A DNA stretch of 32,000 nt, from sequence record MN101228.1, one strand, 5' to 3'. Positions 9,139 through 18,505 of this stretch are shown here, piece after piece. Source of the stretch: Klebsiella phage KPN4. The position numbers and the translations under genes were made by a program. The notes below the pieces were generated by a model. It was not told the origin of the DNA and made no database searches. It saw only the letters and a program-made list of their open reading frames with translations. How positions within the stretch are numbered: the first letter of the stretch is position 1; each line of letters starts with the position of its first letter.

Positions 9139-9899
9139 TGGCGTTGGGTGATCTAGCTCGACAGATAGTAAAAGAACAGCTGGACATTATGAGTGGTGGT
9201 AGTCACTCCACTAAGAACACCGTGGTATATACTGCGGAAACTATGGATAACCACAAAGATGGCACCATAGGCAAAGTATCTTTCCGATTTACTAAGCCGG
9301 TATCGGAGGATTTACTGAATGTTCGGACGTCCTCTATTCTAAAAGCTGTCTCGTCGTCACTCAACCTTGAGGGTGATGTTGGTGTTATCGATGGACTTCT
9401 TAATAGTATCACGGGTAAAAAATCCACGATAGGAAGAAAACGATCTACCGGTAGGGTAGAGGTTAACTTTGGAGACCCTTCAGATGCTGACAACGGTTAC
9501 GCTGGTGCTATTTCTGGCGCTTCTGGGCGTTTCGTCTCAAACACAAACCTTAGAGCGTTACTTGAACTCGTAGCAAAAGAATACCTCGTCAAGGACATGA
9601 AAAAAGCAGGTGCACCCCTGAAGTTCAGAACGGGTCGCTTTGCCAACTCCTTGAAAATTAAAGACGTATTGTTAAGGGAGGACTCAGGATCTAAGAACCC
9701 TGACCTTAATATTACGTATAATTATATGCTTAAGCCTTACTCTGTGTTCAATCCTGCCGTCTCTACCTACCGCGGACTCTCCCTACGGCCGTTCCCTGGT
9801 GCTAGGAACCCGCAGAAGCTGATCGGCGAGGCAATCGCTAAGGCTGCAAGAGACCTTATCCATTCTAGATACCGGATAAGAGTAAATCAGGGTACATAA
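9138..9899 (+). CDS. Tail completion / head-tail joining protein (T5 p143 position)
   Basis: 253 aa, GTG start at 9138 overlapping the upstream TAG, SD CGGAGG. Function inferred from synteny and the FRTGRFANSLKI motif typical of neck proteins. Confidence 0.55.
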   Translation: MALGDLARQIVKEQLDIMSGGSHSTKNTVVYTAETMDNHKDGTIGKVSFRFTKPVSEDLLNVRTSSILKAVSSSLNLEGDVGVIDGLLNSITGKKSTIGRKRSTGRVEVNFGDPSDADNGYAGAISGASGRFVSNTNLRALLELVAKEYLVKDMKKAGAPLKFRTGRFANSLKIKDVLLREDSGSKNPDLNITYNYMLKPYSVFNPAVSTYRGLSLRPFPGARNPQKLIGEAIAKAARDLIHSRYRIRVNQGT

Positions 9900-10384
9900 T
9901 GAATTACAGAACAAGTATTGCTGATGCCCTAGTGGAACGACTGAAGAAGGATATGGACGGGAGTAATCCCACAGAGTTCTTCACTAATATGTATGGGAAC
10001 GTATCCCGCCAGACTTATTCGTTTGAGCAGATCAATGAGTTCCCTTACATAGCAGTCCACGTGGGTACCGAAACTGGAAACTACCTGCCGTCTGCACAGC
10101 AGTGGGTTTACCTTGAAATTCCTATTCTTATCTATGATAAAGAAAAGGATGATATTAACATGCAACTTGAGAAACTCATAGCGGATGTAAAAACCTCTAT
10201 TGACACTGGAGGAAATTTACAATATACTATAATGAAACCTGATGGTTCAACTATCGATTCTGAAGCCACTGACATGCAGATCACGTCGGTGTCCACAGAC
10301 GAGGGTATACTGTCCCCGTTTGGTTTTGCTCAAGTTAACGTAACAGTCCGGTATATGCCTCTGAGAAGAGCGCTGGATAGATAA
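9899..10384 (+). CDS. Tail terminator protein (T5 p142-like)
   Basis: 161 aa, overlapping start (TAATG); size and position match T5 p142; tail-terminator-like sequence (FPYIAVHVGTETGNYLPSAQQWVYLEIPILIY). Confidence 0.7.
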   Translation: MNYRTSIADALVERLKKDMDGSNPTEFFTNMYGNVSRQTYSFEQINEFPYIAVHVGTETGNYLPSAQQWVYLEIPILIYDKEKDDINMQLEKLIADVKTSIDTGGNLQYTIMKPDGSTIDSEATDMQITSVSTDEGILSPFGFAQVNVTVRYMPLRRALDR

Positions 10385-10407
10385 GTTACAGCTCAGGAGA
10401 AATTTAA

Positions 10408-11535
10408 ATGTCTGTACAACTATTACGTAATACACGAATCTTCGTGTCAACCGTTACTACGGGGTTCACTAAGGCCAATACTCAGGAGATCCTAGTCCAG
10501 GATGACATCTCTTGGGGTCAGGACAGTAACTCCACTGATATTACTCTAAACGAAGCCGGTCCGAAGCCGACTCGTGGATCGCAGCGCTTCAACGACTCGT
10601 TAAACGCTGCCGAGTGGAGCTTCTCCACTTATATCCTGCCGTATGACGATGCAGGTAAACAGATCCTCCCGGACTACCTACTCTGGCACGGCCTGTCAAC
10701 AGGTGCTGCCCTGAACCTAGCGGGCACTACTGGTGTCTTCCAGAACGATACCAACCTTGTTGTCAACTTCAAGGATAACGCATACCACGAACTGGCCATG
10801 CTGCATATCTACATTCTGACTGACAATGCTTGGTCTGTGATCAAGAACTGCCAGGTTGGGCAGGCAGAAGTTAACGTGGATATCGACGACATTGGTCGTG
10901 TAACCTGGTCGGGTAATGGTACCCGTCTGGAGACCTTATCTACGCAGCCGTTTGCCCCTAACACCATTGGGATTGACGATACTCTGTATGCTAAACTTCA
11001 GAGTTCTTATATCAAGAACAAGCTGACTATCCTTAAGCTGAAGAACAACGCTGTTGGTGGTAAGACCTATAACATCCCGATCACCGGGGGCTCCTTCACT
11101 ATGAACAACAACGTAACGTACCTGACGCCTAACATCATGTCACGTGTTGATGTTCCGATCGGCTCATTTACTGGCTCCTTCGAGCTTACCGGTTCTCTGA
11201 CTGCATACATGAATGATGCTGCTAACGGCTCTATTCAGTTGTACAAGGATCTGGTCTCCGAGTTGAAAGCTGTGAATGACTTTGAAGTTGCAATCATCCT
11301 AGGCGGGGAGTACGATACTGCACGTCCTGCAGCTGTTCTGGTGGCTAAGCACGCTAACCTGAATATCCCGTCAATCGAAACCGATGATGTGCTAGGCGTA
11401 TCTATCGAGTTCAAAGCTATCCCATCTCAGATGGATGCGGGTGATGAAGGTTACCTGGGCTTCTCTGCCAAGTACACCAAAACTTCGATCGCCAAGCTGA
11501 TCTCCACCGGTGACGGTAAGCCGGTCACTCCATAA
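10408..11535 (+). CDS. Major tail tube protein, T5 pb6-like
   Basis: SVQLLRNTRIFVSTVTTGFTKANTQEILVQDDISWGQDSNSTDITLNEAGPKPTRGSQRFNDSLNAAEWSFSTYILPY closely resembles T5 pb6; SD AGGAG. Confidence 0.92.
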   Translation: MSVQLLRNTRIFVSTVTTGFTKANTQEILVQDDISWGQDSNSTDITLNEAGPKPTRGSQRFNDSLNAAEWSFSTYILPYDDAGKQILPDYLLWHGLSTGAALNLAGTTGVFQNDTNLVVNFKDNAYHELAMLHIYILTDNAWSVIKNCQVGQAEVNVDIDDIGRVTWSGNGTRLETLSTQPFAPNTIGIDDTLYAKLQSSYIKNKLTILKLKNNAVGGKTYNIPITGGSFTMNNNVTYLTPNIMSRVDVPIGSFTGSFELTGSLTAYMNDAANGSIQLYKDLVSELKAVNDFEVAIILGGEYDTARPAAVLVAKHANLNIPSIETDDVLGVSIEFKAIPSQMDAGDEGYLGFSAKYTKTSIAKLISTGDGKPVTP

Positions 11536-11544
11536 GGATAACTA

Positions 11545-12432
11545 ATGCTATACTCCCTAATGCGGGAGTCTAGAGTAGTCATCGAGTACGACGGCAGGGC
11601 ATACGGTTTCGATGCCCTGTCGAATTACACAGCTGGAACGTCCTACGAAGAGTTTAAAGCAAATCGTAGGACGATTCACAGACGCAGTAACTACGCCTAT
11701 TCGAAGATAACTGCTCAGTCTCCTTCTTCAATTTCTCTAGCTCTTAACTTCTCTAGTAATGCTCTCGAAGGCCTATTCTTCGAGTTGATGGGGTTTATAG
11801 AGATAGACGGAATGTATCAGATGCCCTTGTTCAGTAATAATATTGAGCCTAAAATGTTCTCCGTATATATTATTAACAAGAACACGAGCTTACGTTTCGA
11901 TAACTGTTTTGCTACCACCTGCGACTTTTCTCTTGATAAGAGTGTCCCGGTGCTAAACGTTGGTATCGAGTCGGGATACTTTGAGGAAGTAGGCCACCCA
12001 CTCAACAGCTATACGCTTGATCAAGGTGAGGTGTTACCATTTTCATTACCTCAGGTATCTTCGAATGGGAGAGTGCTCCCAGGACTTATGTCAGCCGGTA
12101 TGTCATTCCAGCAGCAATGTGAATGGCGGGGTGACAGAAGTTTATTCGATATCAATAAGATTTATAATAATAGGAGGGCAATCGTTAACGAATTGAACTC
12201 ATCCGCTTTGATATCGATGTATTATGCAAAGAGTCTTCAGATAGATTCTACGCATAACATTAAACCTGATGTTGGCCTGCCGGTACAAATCAGAAATAAA
12301 TATATTGTGGTGGACTTTCCATCCACTAAAATCACAAAACGCCTAGACTTAACCGACGTGTACAAGATCGATTACGATGTGATACCCACTGAGCAATCAG
12401 ATCCTGTCCGAATAAAGCTAATTGGAGATTAA
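11545..12432 (+). CDS. Baseplate tube / minor tail protein (T5 p140 position)
   Basis: 295 aa ORF between the tube protein and tail chaperones; size and position as T5 p140. Confidence 0.6.
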   Translation: MLYSLMRESRVVIEYDGRAYGFDALSNYTAGTSYEEFKANRRTIHRRSNYAYSKITAQSPSSISLALNFSSNALEGLFFELMGFIEIDGMYQMPLFSNNIEPKMFSVYIINKNTSLRFDNCFATTCDFSLDKSVPVLNVGIESGYFEEVGHPLNSYTLDQGEVLPFSLPQVSSNGRVLPGLMSAGMSFQQQCEWRGDRSLFDINKIYNNRRAIVNELNSSALISMYYAKSLQIDSTHNIKPDVGLPVQIRNKYIVVDFPSTKITKRLDLTDVYKIDYDVIPTEQSDPVRIKLIGD

Positions 12433-12435
12433 CAA

Positions 12436-12858
12436 ATGAGTATTAACCTGAAAGACATTGCCCTGGACACCAAACAGATCACTACTGCGTACCCGGGCCT
12501 ACCGCACTTTAAGCTGAAAATTAACTACGTTTCCCGTAAGCTGTCTAAGAAAATTCTGGAAGCTGCGCAGGAGACCCAGTTTGTTAATGGTATCGCTGTA
12601 AAGGTGCAGAATGACGATAAATTCGCAGAAGAATTCGTCAAGGTAGCAATCGAAGGTTGGGAAGGCCTGACAGTAGCGGATGTTGAAAAACTGATGCTTA
12701 TCGATGTGCCAGAAGATCGACTGGGTGATAAAGTAGAGTTCAGCATCGATAACGCTGTGATGCTAGTGCGTAACTCTAGCGCCTTCGAAACCTGGATGAA
12801 TAGCACCGTCTTCCACCTTGACACTTTTCGTGACTCAAAACCGGAACCGACTGCTTAA
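12436..12858 (+). CDS. Tail assembly chaperone, upstream ORF (G-like)
   Basis: 140 aa, directly upstream of a second overlapping ORF and the tape measure gene: canonical chaperone position. Confidence 0.6.
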   Translation: MSINLKDIALDTKQITTAYPGLPHFKLKINYVSRKLSKKILEAAQETQFVNGIAVKVQNDDKFAEEFVKVAIEGWEGLTVADVEKLMLIDVPEDRLGDKVEFSIDNAVMLVRNSSAFETWMNSTVFHLDTFRDSKPEPTA

Positions 12859-13258
12859 GGAGATTGATGCCTTCGCAGAACGATGCGTCAAAGGAGGAGA
12901 CTCCAAAATAACAAGAGAGCAGTATTTAACGATGTGTGAGTCATTGGGGGAGGAACCCAACCCCGAGGTTCTCAAACGGTTTGTGGAGATACATGACTTT
13001 CCTGAAATCGCTCAAACTGCTCTGACAATATATAATAACTTATCTGATAACTATATTCCAGGAGATTATCCAACCTACTTAGGTAAAGATAAGAGTGCCC
13101 TTTTAGTTTTCTTCGATGTCTACGGTGTCGAGGATCCAGATGAGAAGAGTCTTATACTCCAGATCATCAACATATTCGACTCACATGCTGTAGCAGCCTC
13201 TCGCAAACGTGTTGAAGCAGCTATTAAGAAGTCTAAAATGAAGTCTTCTAGCAGATAG
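12818..13258 (+). CDS. Tail assembly chaperone, downstream ORF (T-like); true start or fusion point uncertain
   Basis: Open in the +1/-2 frame relative to the upstream ORF from 12800 to 13258. The track start is a TTG without a good SD and the first in-frame ATG is 12932. Position before the tape measure. Confidence 0.55.
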   Translation: MTLFVTQNRNRLLKEIDAFAERCVKGGDSKITREQYLTMCESLGEEPNPEVLKRFVEIHDFPEIAQTALTIYNNLSDNYIPGDYPTYLGKDKSALLVFFDVYGVEDPDEKSLILQIINIFDSHAVAASRKRVEAAIKKSKMKSSSR

Positions 13259-13299
13259 TGAGTTACATTTTCCTCCAACGGGCGTTCCACGTGAGGCTT

Positions 13300-13329
13300 G
13301 GCCTAGGGTTAATGCCCTAGGCCTTTTTT
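13300..13329 (+). terminator. Hairpin GGCCTAGGG-TTAATG-CCCTAGGCC-TTTTTT just upstream of the tape measure start
   Basis: Perfect 9-bp GC-rich stem plus 6-T tract. Confidence 0.88.
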
Positions 13330-13342
13330 ATTGGAAAAAATC

Positions 13343-16300
13343 ATGACAGATAGACTAATACGAGAGTTACTTGTAGACATCAAGCAGCGTGGTGGATCCA
13401 AAGCCGCTAAACAGATCAGGGATGTAGAAGCTGCCTTGGATAGCGCTACTCAAAGTTCTGAGGGGCTTAACCAGAGTCTGGGCAAGCTTCCTGCAACGTT
13501 CAACACAGTGGAGCGTTCGGTATCTAGAACTCAAAAATCCCTGGAGAAACTGGCGTCAACTACTAGTTTAACAACCTTAGCTTCCTCTATTGGTATGCTA
13601 AGCGGCAAATTTACCGCATTCGAGGCTGATTTGGCCAAATCCGTGCTCAAGATCAACTCCAATCTGATGGATATTAGCACCACTGCTAATAAGATGGCCT
13701 CTGGGGTCAGTTCAGCAACTGCTTCATCAGTGGGAGATCTTAACAGAATTAATAAAGTTCTGCTTGAACTTGACGCTCATGCAACGTCAGCAGCTAAGGT
13801 TCTCCAGTCTCTGCGTGCGGGCGCTGGTCTAGCGGATCTTGGATCCTTAGCAACTCAGGCTAACTCTGAACTTGCTGCCCTAGTTGGTAGTGTAGGGCGT
13901 ATTGGCAAAGAGCTGGTTACAATGTCAGCCCAAGCAGCACAGGCTGGCAAAGCACTCAAAGGTATTAAAGGTGAATCCCTGGCAGGTATCAGTGGTGATC
14001 TAAGCAAGATCTCTGCTGGTCTAGGTACAGCAGTTGGTTCAATGAATTCTGAGGTTGCTCGTATTAATAAGTTACTCTTAGAACTTTCAGCCAATGCTGA
14101 CTTAGCCGGTAAAGCTGTGATGAGTATTACCCCAAACAAAAGTTTGGTGGAAATTAGCGCGGGAATACAGAAACTTACTACCGGACTTGCTAATGCTGCA
14201 AGAGTGTCGGTTGCTGAGATCTCGAAAATTCGCAACTCTCTCACTTCTTTAATAGCCTCAACAACTGCAACGTCTAAAGCAATGCAGTCTATGGGTGCAG
14301 GATTTGACATGGGTAAAGTTATTAGCGAGCTAACAGCTGCTACTGCTACATCTACGTCAGATATTAATAAGATCACCGCGTCTCTGAAACAGATGACGAT
14401 TGATGCTGGTACTGCTAACAAAGCTCTACAAAGTATTAAGGCTGGCCCTAACTTATCTTCCGTACCTAACGTTATCGGCAAGATCGGGGATTCAATGACC
14501 AAGCTTCGTGTTCAGCTTGATGGATCAGTATCCGGTATCGAGAAGAACTTAAACGAGCTAGCAAAAGCTTTTGCTACCATGGGTGGTTCTGGTAACCTGA
14601 ACCCTCTTGGTAACTCAATCAAAGGGATAGTGCCTACCCTTAACTTAATGGCTAAAGCAGCTAATCAAGTTAATGCTGCACTATCTAAAATCCAATCAGG
14701 CAAAGGTTTAACAGCTCTTCCTGCACAGTTGAAGGCTTCAGTCACAGCTCTGGAAGGTCTAGAGACAAAACTTGCCTCCACAGCTAACATCCTAGATCGT
14801 GGATTCTCTAAAGGTTTCCAAGACCTAGCGAATAAGGCTGCCAACGCTTCCACTCGCATGGTTAACAACTTTCAGAAGGTAATTCCAGAATTAACCGCTA
14901 TGGAGTTGGCCGCTATCAAAACGGGTGCTGCAATAGAGAAACTTATCGCTAAGCGTGTAAGGCTCAACCAGACTAGTTCAGGCGGTGGCAACATCGACAT
15001 GGCTGGCTTACTGAGCGTGGCCAACCAGATTGAAAATGCTATCGACAACATGAGCTCTAAGCTTTATAAGAGTATGGAGTCAGCAGGTAGGGCTAGTGAA
15101 ATCGTAGCTGATAAATTAACTGATTTAAATACTGGTGTGGGTAAAGTCAACAAAGGACTTGGTGGTTTAAACTCTACACTTGGAGGTACTTCTACCGCAG
15201 CAGCTAGGGCAAGTCGTGCAATTGGTAATACCTCAGGTTCAGCACGTGGGGCTACTCGTGATTTCGCAGCTATGGCTGACGCGGGCGGTAAACTGCCAAT
15301 GATGTACGCAATGATCGCGTCAAACGTCTTCGTTGCGGCAGCAGCATTTGAACAGCTGAAACTCGGTGATCAGATGAACCGTCTGATGGAGTTCGGAACC
15401 ATTGTCGGGGCATCTACAGGCGTTCCTGTTCAGAACCTTGCTAAAGCTCTACAGGAAGCTACGGGCTACGCAGTATCCTTCGAAGAGGCTATGCGCCAGG
15501 CCTCCGCGGCAGCAGCGTATGGATTTACCTCAGATCAGATCTCCGAGTTTGCTCTAGTTGCACGTCGTGCGGCAGCGGTACTTGGTGTAGATATGACTGA
15601 TGCACTTAACCGTGTTGTAAAAGGTATCTCCAAGCAAGAAATTGAACTAATGGACGAATTAGGTATCACCATTCGTCTGAACGAAGCTTATGATACGTAC
15701 GTTAAGCAACTGAACATGACAAGTAACGGTGTCAAGTACACTGCTGATAGTTTATCTTCTTACCAGAAACAGCAAGCATACGCTAATGCTGTAGTTACTC
15801 AGTCAACGAAACTGTTCGGAAACCTTGACCACGTGTTACGAGCTACCCCGTGGGAAACCTTCGCAGCCAACGCAGATACTGCACTGAAGAACATTCAGAT
15901 GGCAGCTGCTAAGTATTTAACTCCGGTTGCAAATATGATCAACAATATCTTCTATCAGTCTAAGATTGCGGGGATGCTGGAGCAGGCAGAGGCAGCAGCC
16001 GCCACTAACGCTCAAATTGATCCTAAGAACACCACGGCGATGGTAGCTTCATACCAGAACGCAAAGAAAGCCCTTAACGACATGGAGGACGCGTCCAAAG
16101 GGTACAACGTAGCTATCCAGGAATCACAGGACAGGATACGGGCTATTGACAAGCAACTAAGTGGCATGACCACAGTCAAAACTTTGGCGAACATCCTTCT
16201 CCCAGGTGATTTCAAGCGGGACATTCCTAGGGACCAACAGAAGCTCCTGGATGAGAAGCTGGCTCTAGAGGATAAGATCTCACAGGCCGAGCGTGAACGT

Positions 16301-18391
16301 GCTAATACGATGCAGGCTCGAGCACAGCTCCAGAATAACCTCGAAGAGCGCACCAATGCTTTACTAAAAGCGCAGCCACAGTTAGCTAAAGAAGTAGCGG
16401 AAACGGGCAAAACCATCGTTGATCCAACTAAAGTGAAAGTGTTAGGTGATTTAACCAGCTCAATGGCCTCATTCTCTAAGAACATTGCTCCTGATATTAA
16501 AACAGCTATGGCTGACTTGACGGATAACAAGAACTTAGGTAAGGTAGTAGGTCAACTCTCTGACGTTAAGAAAGAAATTGAGCAACAGGCAGGGATTACC
16601 GGCGAATCTGTAGACGACCTGGCTAAGAAGTACGGCTTAGGCGTCAACAGCATGAAGGAACTGAATGACCAGCTAAGCACTGCTAAAACACTTCAAACTT
16701 TGGTGAGCAACGAGAGCGCTAACGAACTCGCTTTACAGCAGAAAAAGAACGATCTTCTGAAATCTGGAATGGATAGTAAGAAAGTAGATGTTGCTATCAG
16801 TAATATGGAAGTTGGTATGCTAGACAAGCAAATCGCTGCATATGAAGATATCAAACGTGTCAACGGTACTTCTGCGGTTCTTGAGAACAAGATCAACGAA
16901 TTGAAGACCAAGAGACTAACTCTACTGAATGGACAGTTTGGCAAAGAAGAGAAAATCAAGGATGTTCGTGATAAAGTTGTTGGTATTGAGCGGGAAATTG
17001 CTTTGCTTAACAACCGTACCATGACAGATAGCCAGTACAACGTAGCTCGTCTTCAGATGGAACTCGCTGTTGAAAAAGATCGATTCAAGATCCTAGAGGG
17101 CAATGCCAAAAAAGAACGTGAGCGTGAGGAGTCCAGACGTAACATCGCTGCAATTGAAAGAGAAATCTGGAAAGAGCAGTTAGATCGTAATGCTAAAACT
17201 GCCGAAATGCGCAACGAAGCCTTTGAGCGTAGCCAGAGCATGAAACCTCTGATGGGTGAATCGCAGAGAATGCAGGAGCAGCTAACGTTCTACCAAGAAA
17301 TGAAGGAATTCACGAAAGGTAACGCGGATGAGCAGGCACGTTGGAATCGCGAGATTGCAAACACTGTTGCTCAGATGGCGGCCCTCAAGGCTCAGCGTAA
17401 CGCACAGATGATGGATCGCGTAGGACAGTCGTTGGGCGCAGATTATACGCCTACTACGGGTCTGGAAGGGGAAGACAAGAAATTCGCCGATATGGAAAAC
17501 CAGATGGCGTCATACGATACAGCTATTAGTAAGCTCTCTCAGCTAAACTCGGAGGCTACTGCTACGGCTCAAAGTATGGGGAACTTAGCTAACGCTATGA
17601 TCCAGTTCTCTCAAGGATCCCTGGATACTACGTCCATGATTGCAGCAGGTATGCAGACAGTTAGTCAGATGATCAGCTACGGTACTAACCAGCAGATTTC
17701 GGCAATTGATGCAGCCATCGCGGCAGAGCAGAAGCGTGATGGTAAATCTGAACAGTCTAAGAACAAGATCAAGAAGATGGAAGCGGAGAAGATTAAACTT
17801 CAGCAGGAATCTGCTAAGAAACAAATCATTATCCAGACAGCAGTAGCGGTAATGCAGGCAGCAACAGCTGTTCCGTATCCGTTCTCTATTCCTCTGATGA
17901 TCGCAGCTGGACTTGCAGGTGCTTTATCTCTAGCTCAGGCATCTAGTGCTACTGGAATGACCGATATAGCAGGGTCTGGTGGTGATACCGCTTCTTACCT
18001 GACTTTAGGTGAGCGCCAGAAGAACGTAGACGTTAGCATGGGTGCAAGCTCTGGTGAATTGTCTTACGTTCGTGGTGACAAAGGTATAGGCAATGCTAAT
18101 GGATTCATTCCTCGTGCGGAAGGTGGTAATACCTATCCAGGTGTTTCCTATAAGATGGGTGAACACGGAACGGAAGTTGCAACTCCTATGGTGCCTACCA
18201 AAGTAACTCCGGCGGATAAAGTGGCTTCTGAAACTTCTTCTGGAGGTGCTAGAAGACCGGTTAATCTGAACATCCAGGCAATGGATGCTAAGAGCTTTAT
18301 GGAGTACGCATTGGAAAATCCTGCGGCATTCCAGGCAGCTGTAGAGTTAGCCTTGAATGAACAAGGGCTGAGCTTAAAGAACCTGAATTAA
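13343..18391 (+). CDS. Tape measure protein (T5 pb2-like)
   Basis: About 1682 aa from ATG 13343 (track start TTG 13331). Long helical N-terminal region, hydrophobic segments (MMYAMIASNVFVAAAAF; IIIQTAVAVMQAATAVPYPFSIPLMIAAGLAGALSLAQ), long charged coiled-coil stretch. Confidence 0.93.
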   Translation: MTDRLIRELLVDIKQRGGSKAAKQIRDVEAALDSATQSSEGLNQSLGKLPATFNTVERSVSRTQKSLEKLASTTSLTTLASSIGMLSGKFTAFEADLAKSVLKINSNLMDISTTANKMASGVSSATASSVGDLNRINKVLLELDAHATSAAKVLQSLRAGAGLADLGSLATQANSELAALVGSVGRIGKELVTMSAQAAQAGKALKGIKGESLAGISGDLSKISAGLGTAVGSMNSEVARINKLLLELSANADLAGKAVMSITPNKSLVEISAGIQKLTTGLANAARVSVAEISKIRNSLTSLIASTTATSKAMQSMGAGFDMGKVISELTAATATSTSDINKITASLKQMTIDAGTANKALQSIKAGPNLSSVPNVIGKIGDSMTKLRVQLDGSVSGIEKNLNELAKAFATMGGSGNLNPLGNSIKGIVPTLNLMAKAANQVNAALSKIQSGKGLTALPAQLKASVTALEGLETKLASTANILDRGFSKGFQDLANKAANASTRMVNNFQKVIPELTAMELAAIKTGAAIEKLIAKRVRLNQTSSGGGNIDMAGLLSVANQIENAIDNMSSKLYKSMESAGRASEIVADKLTDLNTGVGKVNKGLGGLNSTLGGTSTAAARASRAIGNTSGSARGATRDFAAMADAGGKLPMMYAMIASNVFVAAAAFEQLKLGDQMNRLMEFGTIVGASTGVPVQNLAKALQEATGYAVSFEEAMRQASAAAAYGFTSDQISEFALVARRAAAVLGVDMTDALNRVVKGISKQEIELMDELGITIRLNEAYDTYVKQLNMTSNGVKYTADSLSSYQKQQAYANAVVTQSTKLFGNLDHVLRATPWETFAANADTALKNIQMAAAKYLTPVANMINNIFYQSKIAGMLEQAEAAAATNAQIDPKNTTAMVASYQNAKKALNDMEDASKGYNVAIQESQDRIRAIDKQLSGMTTVKTLANILLPGDFKRDIPRDQQKLLDEKLALEDKISQAERERANTMQARAQLQNNLEERTNALLKAQPQLAKEVAETGKTIVDPTKVKVLGDLTSSMASFSKNIAPDIKTAMADLTDNKNLGKVVGQLSDVKKEIEQQAGITGESVDDLAKKYGLGVNSMKELNDQLSTAKTLQTLVSNESANELALQQKKNDLLKSGMDSKKVDVAISNMEVGMLDKQIAAYEDIKRVNGTSAVLENKINELKTKRLTLLNGQFGKEEKIKDVRDKVVGIEREIALLNNRTMTDSQYNVARLQMELAVEKDRFKILEGNAKKEREREESRRNIAAIEREIWKEQLDRNAKTAEMRNEAFERSQSMKPLMGESQRMQEQLTFYQEMKEFTKGNADEQARWNREIANTVAQMAALKAQRNAQMMDRVGQSLGADYTPTTGLEGEDKKFADMENQMASYDTAISKLSQLNSEATATAQSMGNLANAMIQFSQGSLDTTSMIAAGMQTVSQMISYGTNQQISAIDAAIAAEQKRDGKSEQSKNKIKKMEAEKIKLQQESAKKQIIIQTAVAVMQAATAVPYPFSIPLMIAAGLAGALSLAQASSATGMTDIAGSGGDTASYLTLGERQKNVDVSMGASSGELSYVRGDKGIGNANGFIPRAEGGNTYPGVSYKMGEHGTEVATPMVPTKVTPADKVASETSSGGARRPVNLNIQAMDAKSFMEYALENPAAFQAAVELALNEQGLSLKNLN
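13748..14700 (+). repeat. Degenerate ~48-55-aa repeats inside the tape measure protein
   Basis: I(N/G/R/T)..L..L...A..A.KA(L/M)QSI repeated with starts near 13748, 13901, 14063, 14228, 14372, 14537. Confidence 0.55.
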
Positions 18392-18399
18392 CTAAACTA

Positions 18400-18431
18400 A
18401 AGGGAGGACGTAATTGTCCTCCCTTCTTTTT
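18400..18431 (+). terminator. Terminator AAGGGAGGAC-GTAATT-GTCCTCCCTT-CTTTTT
   Basis: Perfect 10-bp stem followed by a T-rich tract, right after the tape measure gene. Confidence 0.9.
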
Positions 18432-18449
18432 GGAATTTATAAAATTATC

Positions 18450-18478
18450 TTGAAAATTTTTCTTGATATGACTATAAT
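18450..18478 (+). promoter_or_regulatory. Sigma70-type promoter TTGAAA-N17-TATAAT
   Basis: -35 TTGAAA 18450-18455, 17-bp spacer, perfect -10 TATAAT 18473-18478, upstream of the Dit-like gene, which has SD GAGAGGAG. Confidence 0.82.
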
Positions 18479-18505
18479 ATTAACATTGAGAGGAGAAAAC
18501 AAAAC

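Noticed and set aside
13855-14502. 215-aa reverse ORF opposite the tape measure gene
   Set aside because: Antisense of Ala/Ser/Leu-rich helical repeats, which readily create long reverse open frames.
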